A stretch of 32,000 nucleotides of DNA from the NCBI GenBank assembly GCA_947370975.1, contig CANBNG010000003.1, forward strand, positions 1 to 32,000, given 5' to 3'. The position numbers and the translations under genes were made by a program. The stretch's first letter is position 1, and the number at the start of each line of letters is the position of its first letter. The notes below the pieces were generated by a model. That model had not been told where the DNA came from. It saw only the letters and a program-made list of their open reading frames with translations, and did no database searches. Of this stretch, positions 23,971 to 32,000 are shown one piece after another. This DNA is from Beijerinckiaceae bacterium (lineage in GTDB: Bacteria > Pseudomonadota > Alphaproteobacteria > Rhizobiales > Beijerinckiaceae).

Positions 23971-25251
23971 ATGGAGTACCGGCGTTTCTTCGGCCAGGCG
24001 ATCGATCGCCTGAAGGCAGAACAGCGCTACCGGGTGTTCGCGGATCTGGAACGCGATGCCTCGCGCTTCCCGCTGGCCACCTGGCATTCCGACAACGGCG
24101 GCCCCTCACGCGAGGTCGTCATCTGGTGTTCCAACGATTATCTGGGCATGGGTCGCCACCCACGCGTGATCGAGGCCATGACCACGGCTGCCGAGCGCCA
24201 TGGCGTGGGCGCGGGCGGCACGCGCAATATTTCGGGCACGAATCACCCGCTCGTCCAGCTTGAGGCTGAACTTGCCGACCTGCACGGCAAGGAGAGCGCG
24301 CTCGCCTTTACCTCCGGCTGGATTTCAAATCTCGCCGCAATCTCGACCATCGCGGAATTGCTGCCCAATTGCCTCATCATTTCGGATGCACTCAACCATA
24401 ATTCGATGATCGAGGGCGTGCGCCGCTCGGGCTGCGAGAAGACGATCTTCCGCCATAACGACACAGCCCATCTCGAAGAAATTCTCATCGCCGCCGGCCC
24501 CGAGCGCGCCAAGCTCGTCGTCTTCGAAAGCCTCTATTCGATGGACGGCGACATTGCGCCCGTCGGCGAAATCGCCGCGCTCTGCAAGAAGCACGGGGCC
24601 CTGTCCTATGTCGATGAAGTCCACGCCGTTGGCCTCTATGGCCCGCGCGGGGGCGGCATTTGCGAGCGCGACAATGTCATGTCGCAGATCGATGTGATCG
24701 AGGGCACGCTCGCCAAGGGTTTTGGCACGCTCGGCGGCTATATTGCGGCCGATCACGTCATCATCGACGCCGTGCGCAGCTATGCGCCCTCTTTCATCTT
24801 CACCACCGCCCTGCCGCCTGCGGTTGCGGCTGCTGCAGGCGCGGCCGTTCGTCAGCTCAAATCCTCGCAGGACGAACGCGATCTGCATCAAAAGCAGGTT
24901 GCCCGCACCAAGGCGGCGCTGGCGGAAGCCGGCATCCCCGTCATGCCAAACCCGTCGCATATCGTGCCGGTGTTCGTGGGCGATGCTGAATTGTGCAAGA
25001 CAGCCAGCGACATTCTGCTGGAGAAGCACGGCATCTATATTCAGCCGATCAATTATCCGACGGTTGCGCGCGGGGCCGAACGCCTGCGCGTTACGCCGAC
25101 GCCCTATCATACGGAAGCCCATATCGTGGCGCTGGTCGAGGCGCTGCGCGATGTCTGGCGGCGGCTCGGCCTGCCCTTCGGGGCCATGCCCCAGGTCGGC
25201 AAGATCGCCGATGACAAGGGCCGGCGACTGAAGATCGTCGCCGCCGAATAG
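23971..25251 (+). CDS. hemA: 5-aminolevulinate synthase
   Basis: [28 protein letters not shown]...[15 protein letters not shown]...[11 protein letters not shown]...ESLYSMDGD...TLAKGFG is the alphaproteobacterial ALAS / alpha-oxoamine synthase pattern. GAGGAAG lies 7 nt upstream of the ATG at 23971. Confidence 0.95.
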   Translation: MEYRRFFGQAIDRLKAEQRYRVFADLERDASRFPLATWHSDNGGPSREVVIWCSNDYLGMGRHPRVIEAMTTAAERHGVGAGGTRNISGTNHPLVQLEAELADLHGKESALAFTSGWISNLAAISTIAELLPNCLIISDALNHNSMIEGVRRSGCEKTIFRHNDTAHLEEILIAAGPERAKLVVFESLYSMDGDIAPVGEIAALCKKHGALSYVDEVHAVGLYGPRGGGICERDNVMSQIDVIEGTLAKGFGTLGGYIAADHVIIDAVRSYAPSFIFTTALPPAVAAAAGAAVRQLKSSQDERDLHQKQVARTKAALAEAGIPVMPNPSHIVPVFVGDAELCKTASDILLEKHGIYIQPINYPTVARGAERLRVTPTPYHTEAHIVALVEALRDVWRRLGLPFGAMPQVGKIADDKGRRLKIVAAE

Positions 25252-25259
25252 AGCGACGG

Positions 25260-26330
25260 CTAGAGGCTCTTGCCCTCGCGCTTCATCAGATATTGGATGA
25301 TGAAGGGCAGCGTGAGATTGATCAGGAAATAGCGCGAGAAATGATGCGCGCTGACAAAGAGCGGATCGATGCCAAGGCCGAGCGCCAGCACGATCATCGC
25401 CTCGAGCCCGCCCGGCGCATAGGCAATCAGCGTCGCACCGAATGGCATGCCGAGAAATTGCGAGGCGAAGGTCGCAAAGGCGAAGGTCACAACGAGTGAC
25501 GTGCCGATGGCCAGTGTCGAGGCGAGCAGCGTGCGCCCGAAAAGCGCCCAGTCAAACCCCGCAAAGCGCGACCCGGCCCACGCTCCGATCATGATCTGGC
25601 CCACCAGCATGATCTCGAAGGGCACGCGCCCGGTGGCCACACCCGTCGCATGGATGACGCCCGAGGCGATCATCGCGCCAAAAATCATGCCCCCGCCCAT
25701 CTTCCAGCGCAGGAAGAGAAGACCGAGCGCGACTGACACCACAGCTGTGCCGAGCAGCACGAGCGGCGGATCGTTCACCATCGCAGCGATGGGGCCGAGA
25801 TGGGCGTCCGATTCCATCACGATGATGATGGGCAGCAGCACCACCAGAAAGATCACGCGGATCATCTGCACGATCACGACGCGCGGCGGATCTGCGCCAA
25901 GCGAGAGCGAGACAGAGAGAATATAGGCCATGGAGCCGGGCACAGCCGCCAGCAGGGCCGTCGGTCGTGGCCAGCGCGAGACGAGATTGGACATGGCCAT
26001 GGAGGAGCCCGTCACCGCGACCACGCAGAGCGCCATAATGGCGATACTGGCCGGATAAGAGGCAACATTGCGCAGCATCGCAGGCTCGATGGCCGAGCCG
26101 ATCGACATGCCCGTGATTGCCATGGCGGTGAGGCGCAGGAGATTGCCAAGCGGCGTCGCCCAGCCGAAATAGGACATGAACGCGACCGACAGGACCGCGC
26201 CCGACATGGCGCCGCCCGGAACGCCCAGATGCTGAAACAGCAGCCCGCCCGCAAAAGCGGTCGCCAAAGTCACCATTTGCCCGGTCGGACCCGAGGTCCA
26301 GCGGGAGGATGTATCGGAGCTCTGATCCAT
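25260..26330 (-). CDS. AbrB-family polytopic membrane protein (the family often annotated as putative ammonia monooxygenase or AbrB duplication)
   Basis: A 356-aa protein with about 10 TM segments and internal duplication. The family assignment comes from overall pattern only. Confidence 0.6.
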   Translation of the reverse strand: MDQSSDTSSRWTSGPTGQMVTLATAFAGGLLFQHLGVPGGAMSGAVLSVAFMSYFGWATPLGNLLRLTAMAITGMSIGSAIEPAMLRNVASYPASIAIMALCVVAVTGSSMAMSNLVSRWPRPTALLAAVPGSMAYILSVSLSLGADPPRVVIVQMIRVIFLVVLLPIIIVMESDAHLGPIAAMVNDPPLVLLGTAVVSVALGLLFLRWKMGGGMIFGAMIASGVIHATGVATGRVPFEIMLVGQIMIGAWAGSRFAGFDWALFGRTLLASTLAIGTSLVVTFAFATFASQFLGMPFGATLIAYAPGGLEAMIVLALGLGIDPLFVSAHHFSRYFLINLTLPFIIQYLMKREGKSL

Positions 26331-26444
26331 GGGCTCCCGGGCTCCGTTGGGACACGTCTTGAATGGGGTGACTGGTGGCCCTTAAACCACCTGCGCCCCG
26401 CGCTCGCAACAGCCAAGGCCAGCGTGCGAGTGCGGGGAGGAATT

Positions 26445-26875
26445 GGCGGGGAAGTTCGCATAACGCCCACCCCGCTCGGCTGCGCCGAGTCGGCCCTCGC
26501 CACAAGGGGGCGGGAATTTGCGCCGCACATGCCAGCTGATCCCCCGCCCCCTTTGCGGGGAGGGGCTGGAGGTGGGGGTCGCGCAATTCGATCCGGAGAA
26601 AGGCGCTCTGAACGCTCTGCTGGCGGGCAAGTTGGCATAACCCCCACCCCGCTCGGCTGCGCCGAGTCGGCCCTCGCCACAAGGGGGCGGGAATTTGCGC
26701 CGCACATGCCAGCTGATCCCCCGCCCCCTTGTGGGGAGGGGCTCGGGGTGGGGGTCGCGCAATTCGATCCGGAAAAAGGCGCACTGAACGCTTTGCTGGC
26801 GGGCAAGTTGGCATAACCCCCACCCCGCTCAGCCTGCGGCTGAGTCCACCCTCCCCGCAAGGGGGAGGGAGTGCA
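26445..26875. repeat. Tandem repeat, 2.4 copies of a 176/177-bp GC-rich hairpin-containing unit
   Basis: Copy 1 is 26445-26621 and copy 2 is 26622-26797, with about 10 differences including one 1-nt indel. Copy 3 starts at 26798, matches for 33 nt, then switches to a related variant. The unit contains CTCGGC-TGC-GCCGAG and CCCCCGCCCCC...GGGGAGGGG palindromes. Confidence 0.9.
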
Positions 26876-26945
26876 AGTCGGTGCGTGGATTTGGCGTGCG
26901 GAGCGGTGCTAGACTGGCCGCGACACTCCTATTGCCGGAACCGCC

Positions 26946-29900
26946 ATGATTGCAGGATGGGCCGCCTTACTGACCGCGCTGGTCTATCTCTGCGCGCTTT
27001 TTGCCATAGCCCATTATGGCGATACGCAGTCGCGCCGCTTTGCCGGCGCGCGGTGGCGACCCTTCGTCTATGCGATGACGCTTGGCGTCTATTGCACGTC
27101 GTGGACGTTCTTTGGCTCGGTCGGCATTGCCTCCGATAAGGGGCTCGAATTTCTGCCCATCTATATTGGCCCGATCCTCGTCATGGGGTTTGGCTATAAA
27201 TTCATCCAGCGCATCATCCGCCTCTCGAAATCGCAGAACATCACGTCAGTGGCTGATTTCGTCGCCTCCCGCTTTGGCAAGTCGCAGGCGGTGGCGGGCA
27301 TGGTGGCGCTGATTGCCGTCATGGGGGCTGTGCCCTATGTGGCGCTGCAATTGAAGGCCATTGCCTTTTCGCTGACGACCGTGCTCACCTCGCTCGACCT
27401 CAAACATATGGTCGTGCTCGCGCCGGGCACCGGCTCTGTGGCGCTGCTCGTGACGCTGCTGCTTGCGGGCTTCGCCATGGCCTTTGGCACACGCCATATC
27501 GATGCGACCGAGCATCAGGATGGGCTGATGCTCGCGGTGGCCGCCGAATCTCTGGTCAAGCTCGTCGCCTTCGTCTGCGTGGGCGCCTATGTCACCTGGG
27601 GCATGTTCAACGGCTTTGCGGATCTGGCCGAACGCGCCAGCGCCTTTCCCAAGCTCAGAGCCATTCTCGCAGACCCGCCCGATCTCGATATTTCCATAAC
27701 AACGACACTGCTCTCGGCCTGCTGCATCGTGCTGCTGCCGCGCCAGTTTCATGTGACGGTGGTGGAGAACCGCGACGAACGCGATGTCGCCAAGGCGGCA
27801 TGGATGTTCCCGCTCTATCTCGTGGCGATCAACATATTCGTCATTCCACTGGCCATTGCCGGCCGCCTGCTGCTGCCCGATGGCGCCATCAACCGCGACA
27901 TGACCGTGCTCGCGCTGCCCCTGCTCGATCAGTCCGGCCTTGTCACATTGATCGGCCTTGTGGGCGGGCTCTCGGCTGCAACCGCCATGGTGGTTGTCTC
28001 GAGCGTCGCGCTCTCGATCATGATCTCGAACGATCTCGTCGTGCCCACATTGCTGCGCAACCAGAGCATGCGCACCTGGATCGAGGCGCGCGATCTCGGC
28101 TCCCTGATCCTGATGATCCGTCGCCTTTCGATCGTCACCATTCTGATGATGGGCTTTGGTTACTTCAGCCTCGCGGGCGAGGCGCAGCTGGCGCAGATCG
28201 GCCTGCTTTCCTTTGCCGCCATATCGCAGATCGCGCCGGCCTTTGTCGGCGGCCTCATCTGGCGGGGCGCCAATGCACGCGGCGCGATAGCGGGATTGAC
28301 GGTGGGCATTGCGATCTGGGCCTATACGCTGCTGCTGCCATCGCTCGACACAGGCCAGCTTGGGCTTGAATCGCTTGTCGCCAATGGCCCGCTGGGACTG
28401 AGCTATCTTCGTCCCACTGCGCTCTTTGGCCTCGATATGCCGCGGCTTGTGCATGGGGTCATCTGGAGCCTGTCGTTCAACATTCTGGCCTTTGTCAGCT
28501 TCTCGCTCACCCGCCATCCCACCGCCATCGAGCGGTTGCAGGCGCAGATCTTTGTCGGCGCAAACAACAAGCCGACTGCGCCCATCTTCCGCATCTGGGG
28601 CGGCGGGGTGACGGCACGCGAGCTCGAGGCAACCGTCGGGCGCTATCTCGGCGTGGAACATACGCGCCAGGCATTTGAAAGCTTCATGACGTCGCGCGGG
28701 CTCAGCTTCTCGCAAACCATCGAAGCCGACATTCATCTGCTGCGCTTTTCAGAACATCTCCTCGCCTCCGCCATTGGCGCGGCCTCATCGCGGCTTGTGC
28801 TCTCGATCCTGCTGCGGCGGCGCAATCTTTCGCGCGGCGCGGCGCTGCGGCTCATCGACGATGCCGCATCGACGCTGCAACAGAACCGCGACATGCTTCA
28901 ATATGCGCTCGATTTCGCGCGCCAGGGCATTACCGTCTGCGACCGCGATCTGCGTCTCATCTGCTGGAACCGCGAGTTCGGCGACCTCTTCGCACTGCCG
29001 GCAGAAAAACTGCGCATCGGCATCGGCCTTGAAGACATTGTGCGCTTCAATGCATCGCGCGGCATTTATGGGCCGGGGCCTGTGGAGGATTATATCGAGG
29101 CGCGGCTCGAAACGCTCGTCAATGACAGCGAGCCCTTCCGCCTGCGGCTTTATCCGCCTGTCAGCTGCGTCATCGAAATCCGTTCCTCGCGCCTGCCCGA
29201 TGGCGGCATTGTGACGACCTATACGGATGTGTCGGAAGCGGTCGCCGCCGAAGAAGCGCTGGGGCGCACCAATGAAACGCTCGAACAGCGCGTGCGCGCG
29301 CGCACCGAGGAACTGGTGCTCCTCAACGGCGAACTCGCGCGCGCCAAGGGTGAGGCGGACGATGCCAATCTTTCAAAAACCCGCTTTCTTGCGGCCGCAA
29401 GCCACGACATTCTGCAACCGCTGAACGCCGCGCGACTCTATGCAACCTCGTTGCGCGAACGCATGGAAAGCGACAGCGCGCCGGCAGCGGCGAGCCCTGA
29501 ATCGCTGGTGCGCAATCTCGATGCCTCGCTTGAGGCGGTCGAGGAAATTCTGACCGCCCTGCTCGACATGTCGCGTCTGGATTCGGGTGCGATGAAGGCC
29601 GAGCTCAGCAATTTCCGCATCGAGGATATTCTCAAGCAATTGCGCATCGAATTTGCGCCCCAGGCGCGCGAGCGCGGTCTTGAACTCATCTTCGTGCCAA
29701 GCTCAGTGACCGTGCGTTCCGACCGCCGCCTGCTGCGCCGCCTTTTGCAGAACCTGATTTCAAACGCGATCAAATATACCCCGCGCGGTCGCGTCGTCGT
29801 GGGCTGTCGGCGCGCAGGCGAGCATGTTCGCGTCGAGGTCTGGGATACCGGGCTCGGCATCCCGCTCGCCAAGCAGAAGAGCGTGTTCCAGGAATTCGAG

Positions 29901-30491
29901 CGCCTTGCGCCAGCGGCCAAAACCGCGCCGGGGCTTGGCCTTGGCCTCTCCATAGTCGAGCGGTTGAGCAAGGTGCTCGACCATCGCATCATCCTGCGCT
30001 CGGTACCGGGTGCGGGCTCGGTCTTTGGCGTGGAACTGCCCGCTGTGGTGGCTGCGCCCTTCACCTCGGTGAGCGACGAGACGCCAGCCATGGCCCATCA
30101 GCCGCTGGCCGGATTGATTGTGCTGGCCATCGACAACGAGCCGCGCATTCTGGAAGGGATGCATGCGCTGCTGGGTGGCTGGGGATGCAGGATCATCACT
30201 GCCGCGAATGAGGCCGAAGCCGGTGCTGCGCTTGCCGCCCGCGAACTTCTGCCCGATGTCCTGATCGCCGATTATCATCTCGACGAAACCGATGGCCTGA
30301 GCCTGATCGCCTCGCTGCGCGACAAGATCGGTGCGCCGCTGCCAGCCATTCTCATCACGGCCGACCGCACGCCCGAGGTGCGCAATCTGGCTGCGAGCAA
30401 GGATATTCGCGTGCTCAACAAGCCGCTGAAACCTGCGGCGCTACGCTCGCTGCTGAGCCAATGGCGCGTCACCATCGGCGCAGCAGAATGA
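26946..30491 (+). CDS. Hybrid sensor histidine kinase with an N-terminal sodium/solute-symporter-like domain, PAS, HisKA/HATPase and receiver domains (CbrA/CrbS-like architecture)
   Basis: The first 500 aa or so are polytopic and SSF-like. There is a PAS-like region (GITVCDRDLRLICWNREF). The H-box is FLAAASHDILQPLNA (His820). N/G boxes are LISNAIKYT and DTGLGI...GLGLGLSIV. The receiver is VLAIDNEP...DVLIADYHLD (Asp1109)...LNKP. Confidence 0.9.
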   Translation: MIAGWAALLTALVYLCALFAIAHYGDTQSRRFAGARWRPFVYAMTLGVYCTSWTFFGSVGIASDKGLEFLPIYIGPILVMGFGYKFIQRIIRLSKSQNITSVADFVASRFGKSQAVAGMVALIAVMGAVPYVALQLKAIAFSLTTVLTSLDLKHMVVLAPGTGSVALLVTLLLAGFAMAFGTRHIDATEHQDGLMLAVAAESLVKLVAFVCVGAYVTWGMFNGFADLAERASAFPKLRAILADPPDLDISITTTLLSACCIVLLPRQFHVTVVENRDERDVAKAAWMFPLYLVAINIFVIPLAIAGRLLLPDGAINRDMTVLALPLLDQSGLVTLIGLVGGLSAATAMVVVSSVALSIMISNDLVVPTLLRNQSMRTWIEARDLGSLILMIRRLSIVTILMMGFGYFSLAGEAQLAQIGLLSFAAISQIAPAFVGGLIWRGANARGAIAGLTVGIAIWAYTLLLPSLDTGQLGLESLVANGPLGLSYLRPTALFGLDMPRLVHGVIWSLSFNILAFVSFSLTRHPTAIERLQAQIFVGANNKPTAPIFRIWGGGVTARELEATVGRYLGVEHTRQAFESFMTSRGLSFSQTIEADIHLLRFSEHLLASAIGAASSRLVLSILLRRRNLSRGAALRLIDDAASTLQQNRDMLQYALDFARQGITVCDRDLRLICWNREFGDLFALPAEKLRIGIGLEDIVRFNASRGIYGPGPVEDYIEARLETLVNDSEPFRLRLYPPVSCVIEIRSSRLPDGGIVTTYTDVSEAVAAEEALGRTNETLEQRVRARTEELVLLNGELARAKGEADDANLSKTRFLAAASHDILQPLNAARLYATSLRERMESDSAPAAASPESLVRNLDASLEAVEEILTALLDMSRLDSGAMKAELSNFRIEDILKQLRIEFAPQARERGLELIFVPSSVTVRSDRRLLRRLLQNLISNAIKYTPRGRVVVGCRRAGEHVRVEVWDTGLGIPLAKQKSVFQEFERLAPAAKTAPGLGLGLSIVERLSKVLDHRIILRSVPGAGSVFGVELPAVVAAPFTSVSDETPAMAHQPLAGLIVLAIDNEPRILEGMHALLGGWGCRIITAANEAEAGAALAARELLPDVLIADYHLDETDGLSLIASLRDKIGAPLPAILITADRTPEVRNLAASKDIRVLNKPLKPAALRSLLSQWRVTIGAAE

Positions 30492-32000
30492 TCAGGCGGC
30501 GGCTTTGCGCGCCCCAAACCGCCCGTAGAAGGTTTCGTGCTTCATGGCCATGTCAATCAGGAGTTCGGTTGGCGTGAAACGCGGCCCATAGGCCTTGGCC
30601 AGACGGTCACACAGCAGCACGAATTCGGGCACGCCCATGCCATCGATATAACTGAGCGTTCCGCCCGTGAACGGGGCAAAACCAAAGCCGAGGATCGAGC
30701 CGACATCGGCCTCGCGCGGATCGGTGATGACGCCCTCCTCCACCGTGCGTGCAGCCTCCAGCGCCTGCGTCACAAGAAAGCGCAATTTCATATCCTCGAT
30801 GTTCAGCGCATCGGGATCGGCTTTCACGCTTTGCAGATCCGCCAAGCCCGGCCACAGGCTTTTTCCGCCCTTGTCGGGATAATCGTAAAAGCCCTTGGCG
30901 TTCTTGCGGCCAAGCCGTCCGTGACGATTGACGAGATCGTCGAGCAAACGCTCCTGCTGCGCATCAATGGCCTGCGCGCCGAGATCGGCCTTGGTCGCCT
31001 GCAAGATCCTCCAAGCGAGATCGAGCGCAACTTCATCGTTGAGCGACAGAGGCCCGACCGGCATGCCGGCCATACGCGCGACATTTTCGATCATCGCGGG
31101 CGGCACGCCCTCAGCAAACATCAGATGGCCCTCGCGGACATAATTCAGCACGCAGCGATTGGCGTAAAAGCCGCGTGAATCATTGACCACAATCGGCGTC
31201 TTGCGCAGGAGGCGCACGAAATCGAGCGCAGTCGCCAGCGCACGGTCGCCGGTTTTCTCGCCCAATATCACTTCGACCAGCATCATCCGTTCGACAGGCG
31301 AAAAGAAATGCAGGCCGATGACATTTTCAGGCGTCGCCGCATTTTGCGCGAGCGAGGTAATCGGTAGTGTCGAGGTGTTGGAGGCGAAAATAGTGCCCGG
31401 GCGCATGGCGGCCTGCGCCTTGTGAATAGCTTCGGCCTTCACATTGCGATCTTCAAACACCGCTTCGATCACGAGATCGCAGTCGCCAAGCCCCGCATAA
31501 TCATCGCTGGGTGCGATGCGCGCGAGCAGGCTGTCGCGCTCGGCGGTTTTTGCGCGGCCCTTGGCGATCTGCTCCGACATGAGCTTGTGGGAATGCGCCT
31601 TGCCCTTGTCGGCGGCTTCCAGCGTGCGGTCGATCAGCACGACATCGACACCATTGAGCGCAGCCACATAGGCAATGCTCGCGCCCATGAACCCCGCGCC
31701 GATAATGCCGACCTTGCCAATCCTTGCCTGCGGCTCGCCCTTGGGCCTGCGCGCGCCCTTGTTGAGTTCGCCCATGGAGACGAAGAGCGAGCGGATCATC
31801 GCGCGCGCCTCCTGCGAGCGCAGGATATGGGCAAACCAGCGGCTCTCGACCTTGAGCGCGAGATCCATCGGCAATTGCAGGCCTTCATAGACGGCATGCA
31901 GAATGGCCTTGGCTGCTGGATAATTATCCTGCGTCTCGCGGCGATAAATCGCATTGGCCGCAGGCCAGACCATCATGCCGGCCGGCGAGAACACGCGGCC
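30492..32000 (-). CDS. FadB-type 3-hydroxyacyl-CoA dehydrogenase (multifunctional fatty-acid oxidation alpha subunit), N-terminal part outside the window
   Basis: VGIIGAGFMGASIAYV Rossmann motif, HFFSPVERMMLVE, and 3HCDH C-terminal repeats. The frame is open to base 32000, so the enoyl-CoA hydratase part is probably beyond the window. Confidence 0.9.
   Translation of the reverse strand, partial: GRVFSPAGMMVWPAANAIYRRETQDNYPAAKAILHAVYEGLQLPMDLALKVESRWFAHILRSQEARAMIRSLFVSMGELNKGARRPKGEPQARIGKVGIIGAGFMGASIAYVAALNGVDVVLIDRTLEAADKGKAHSHKLMSEQIAKGRAKTAERDSLLARIAPSDDYAGLGDCDLVIEAVFEDRNVKAEAIHKAQAAMRPGTIFASNTSTLPITSLAQNAATPENVIGLHFFSPVERMMLVEVILGEKTGDRALATALDFVRLLRKTPIVVNDSRGFYANRCVLNYVREGHLMFAEGVPPAMIENVARMAGMPVGPLSLNDEVALDLAWRILQATKADLGAQAIDAQQERLLDDLVNRHGRLGRKNAKGFYDYPDKGGKSLWPGLADLQSVKADPDALNIEDMKLRFLVTQALEAARTVEEGVITDPREADVGSILGFGFAPFTGGTLSYIDGMGVPEFVLLCDRLAKAYGPRFTPTELLIDMAMKHETFYGRFGARKAAA

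Noticed and set aside
25552-26860. ORFs 25552..26823 (423 aa), 25800..26816 (338 aa), 26270..26860 and 26382..26762, which span the tandem repeat
   Set aside because: Their apparent internal peptide repeats simply mirror the 176-bp DNA repeat. They overlap the well-supported AbrB-type membrane protein gene and have no RBS.
26445-26875. Possible CRISPR array
   Set aside because: The repeat unit is 176-177 bp and the copies are contiguous, with no unique spacers between them. No cas genes are nearby.

Overview
The window spans a junction between two kinds of DNA. Bases 1 to about 6195 have visibly lower G+C (by eye about 45-50%, not computed). They look like the right-hand part of a horizontally acquired integrative element that ends at a 45-nt 3' fragment of tRNA-Thr(GGU), an att-like remnant. 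This part carries the most unusual gene in the window, an ORF of at least 968 codons that is cut by the window edge. It strings together C5-cytosine-methyltransferase-like C-terminal motifs, a TET/JBP-like 2OG-Fe(II) dioxygenase (HxD...H...RxS), an unassigned region of about 230 aa, and a P-loop kinase-like domain. That is a candidate single-polypeptide DNA base hypermodification pathway. Next to it are a 188-aa tyrosine recombinase with only the catalytic domain, a small protein with HUH-like motifs, three small hypothetical genes, and ORF-free segments with iteron-like direct repeats. Bases 6196-32000 are high-G+C chromosome typical of Alphaproteobacteria (Hyphomicrobiales/Rhizobiales-like). 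They encode DoxX, DUF1330, a LysR-regulated tctA-tctB-tctC plus bicupin locus, an orphan Bug-family binding protein, DUF4142, an aldo/keto reductase, an isochorismatase-family hydrolase with an NMT1-type binding protein, and a RecD-like SF1 helicase. They also encode DedA, cyclopropane-fatty-acid synthase, 5-aminolevulinate synthase (hemA), an AbrB-type membrane protein, a solute-symporter-fused hybrid histidine kinase, and a partial FadB-type 3-hydroxyacyl-CoA dehydrogenase. One intergenic region holds 2.4 tandem copies of a 176/177-bp hairpin-rich repeat. I found no rRNA, no complete tRNA and no CRISPR array. All functional calls come from reading motifs in the translations. No database search was run.
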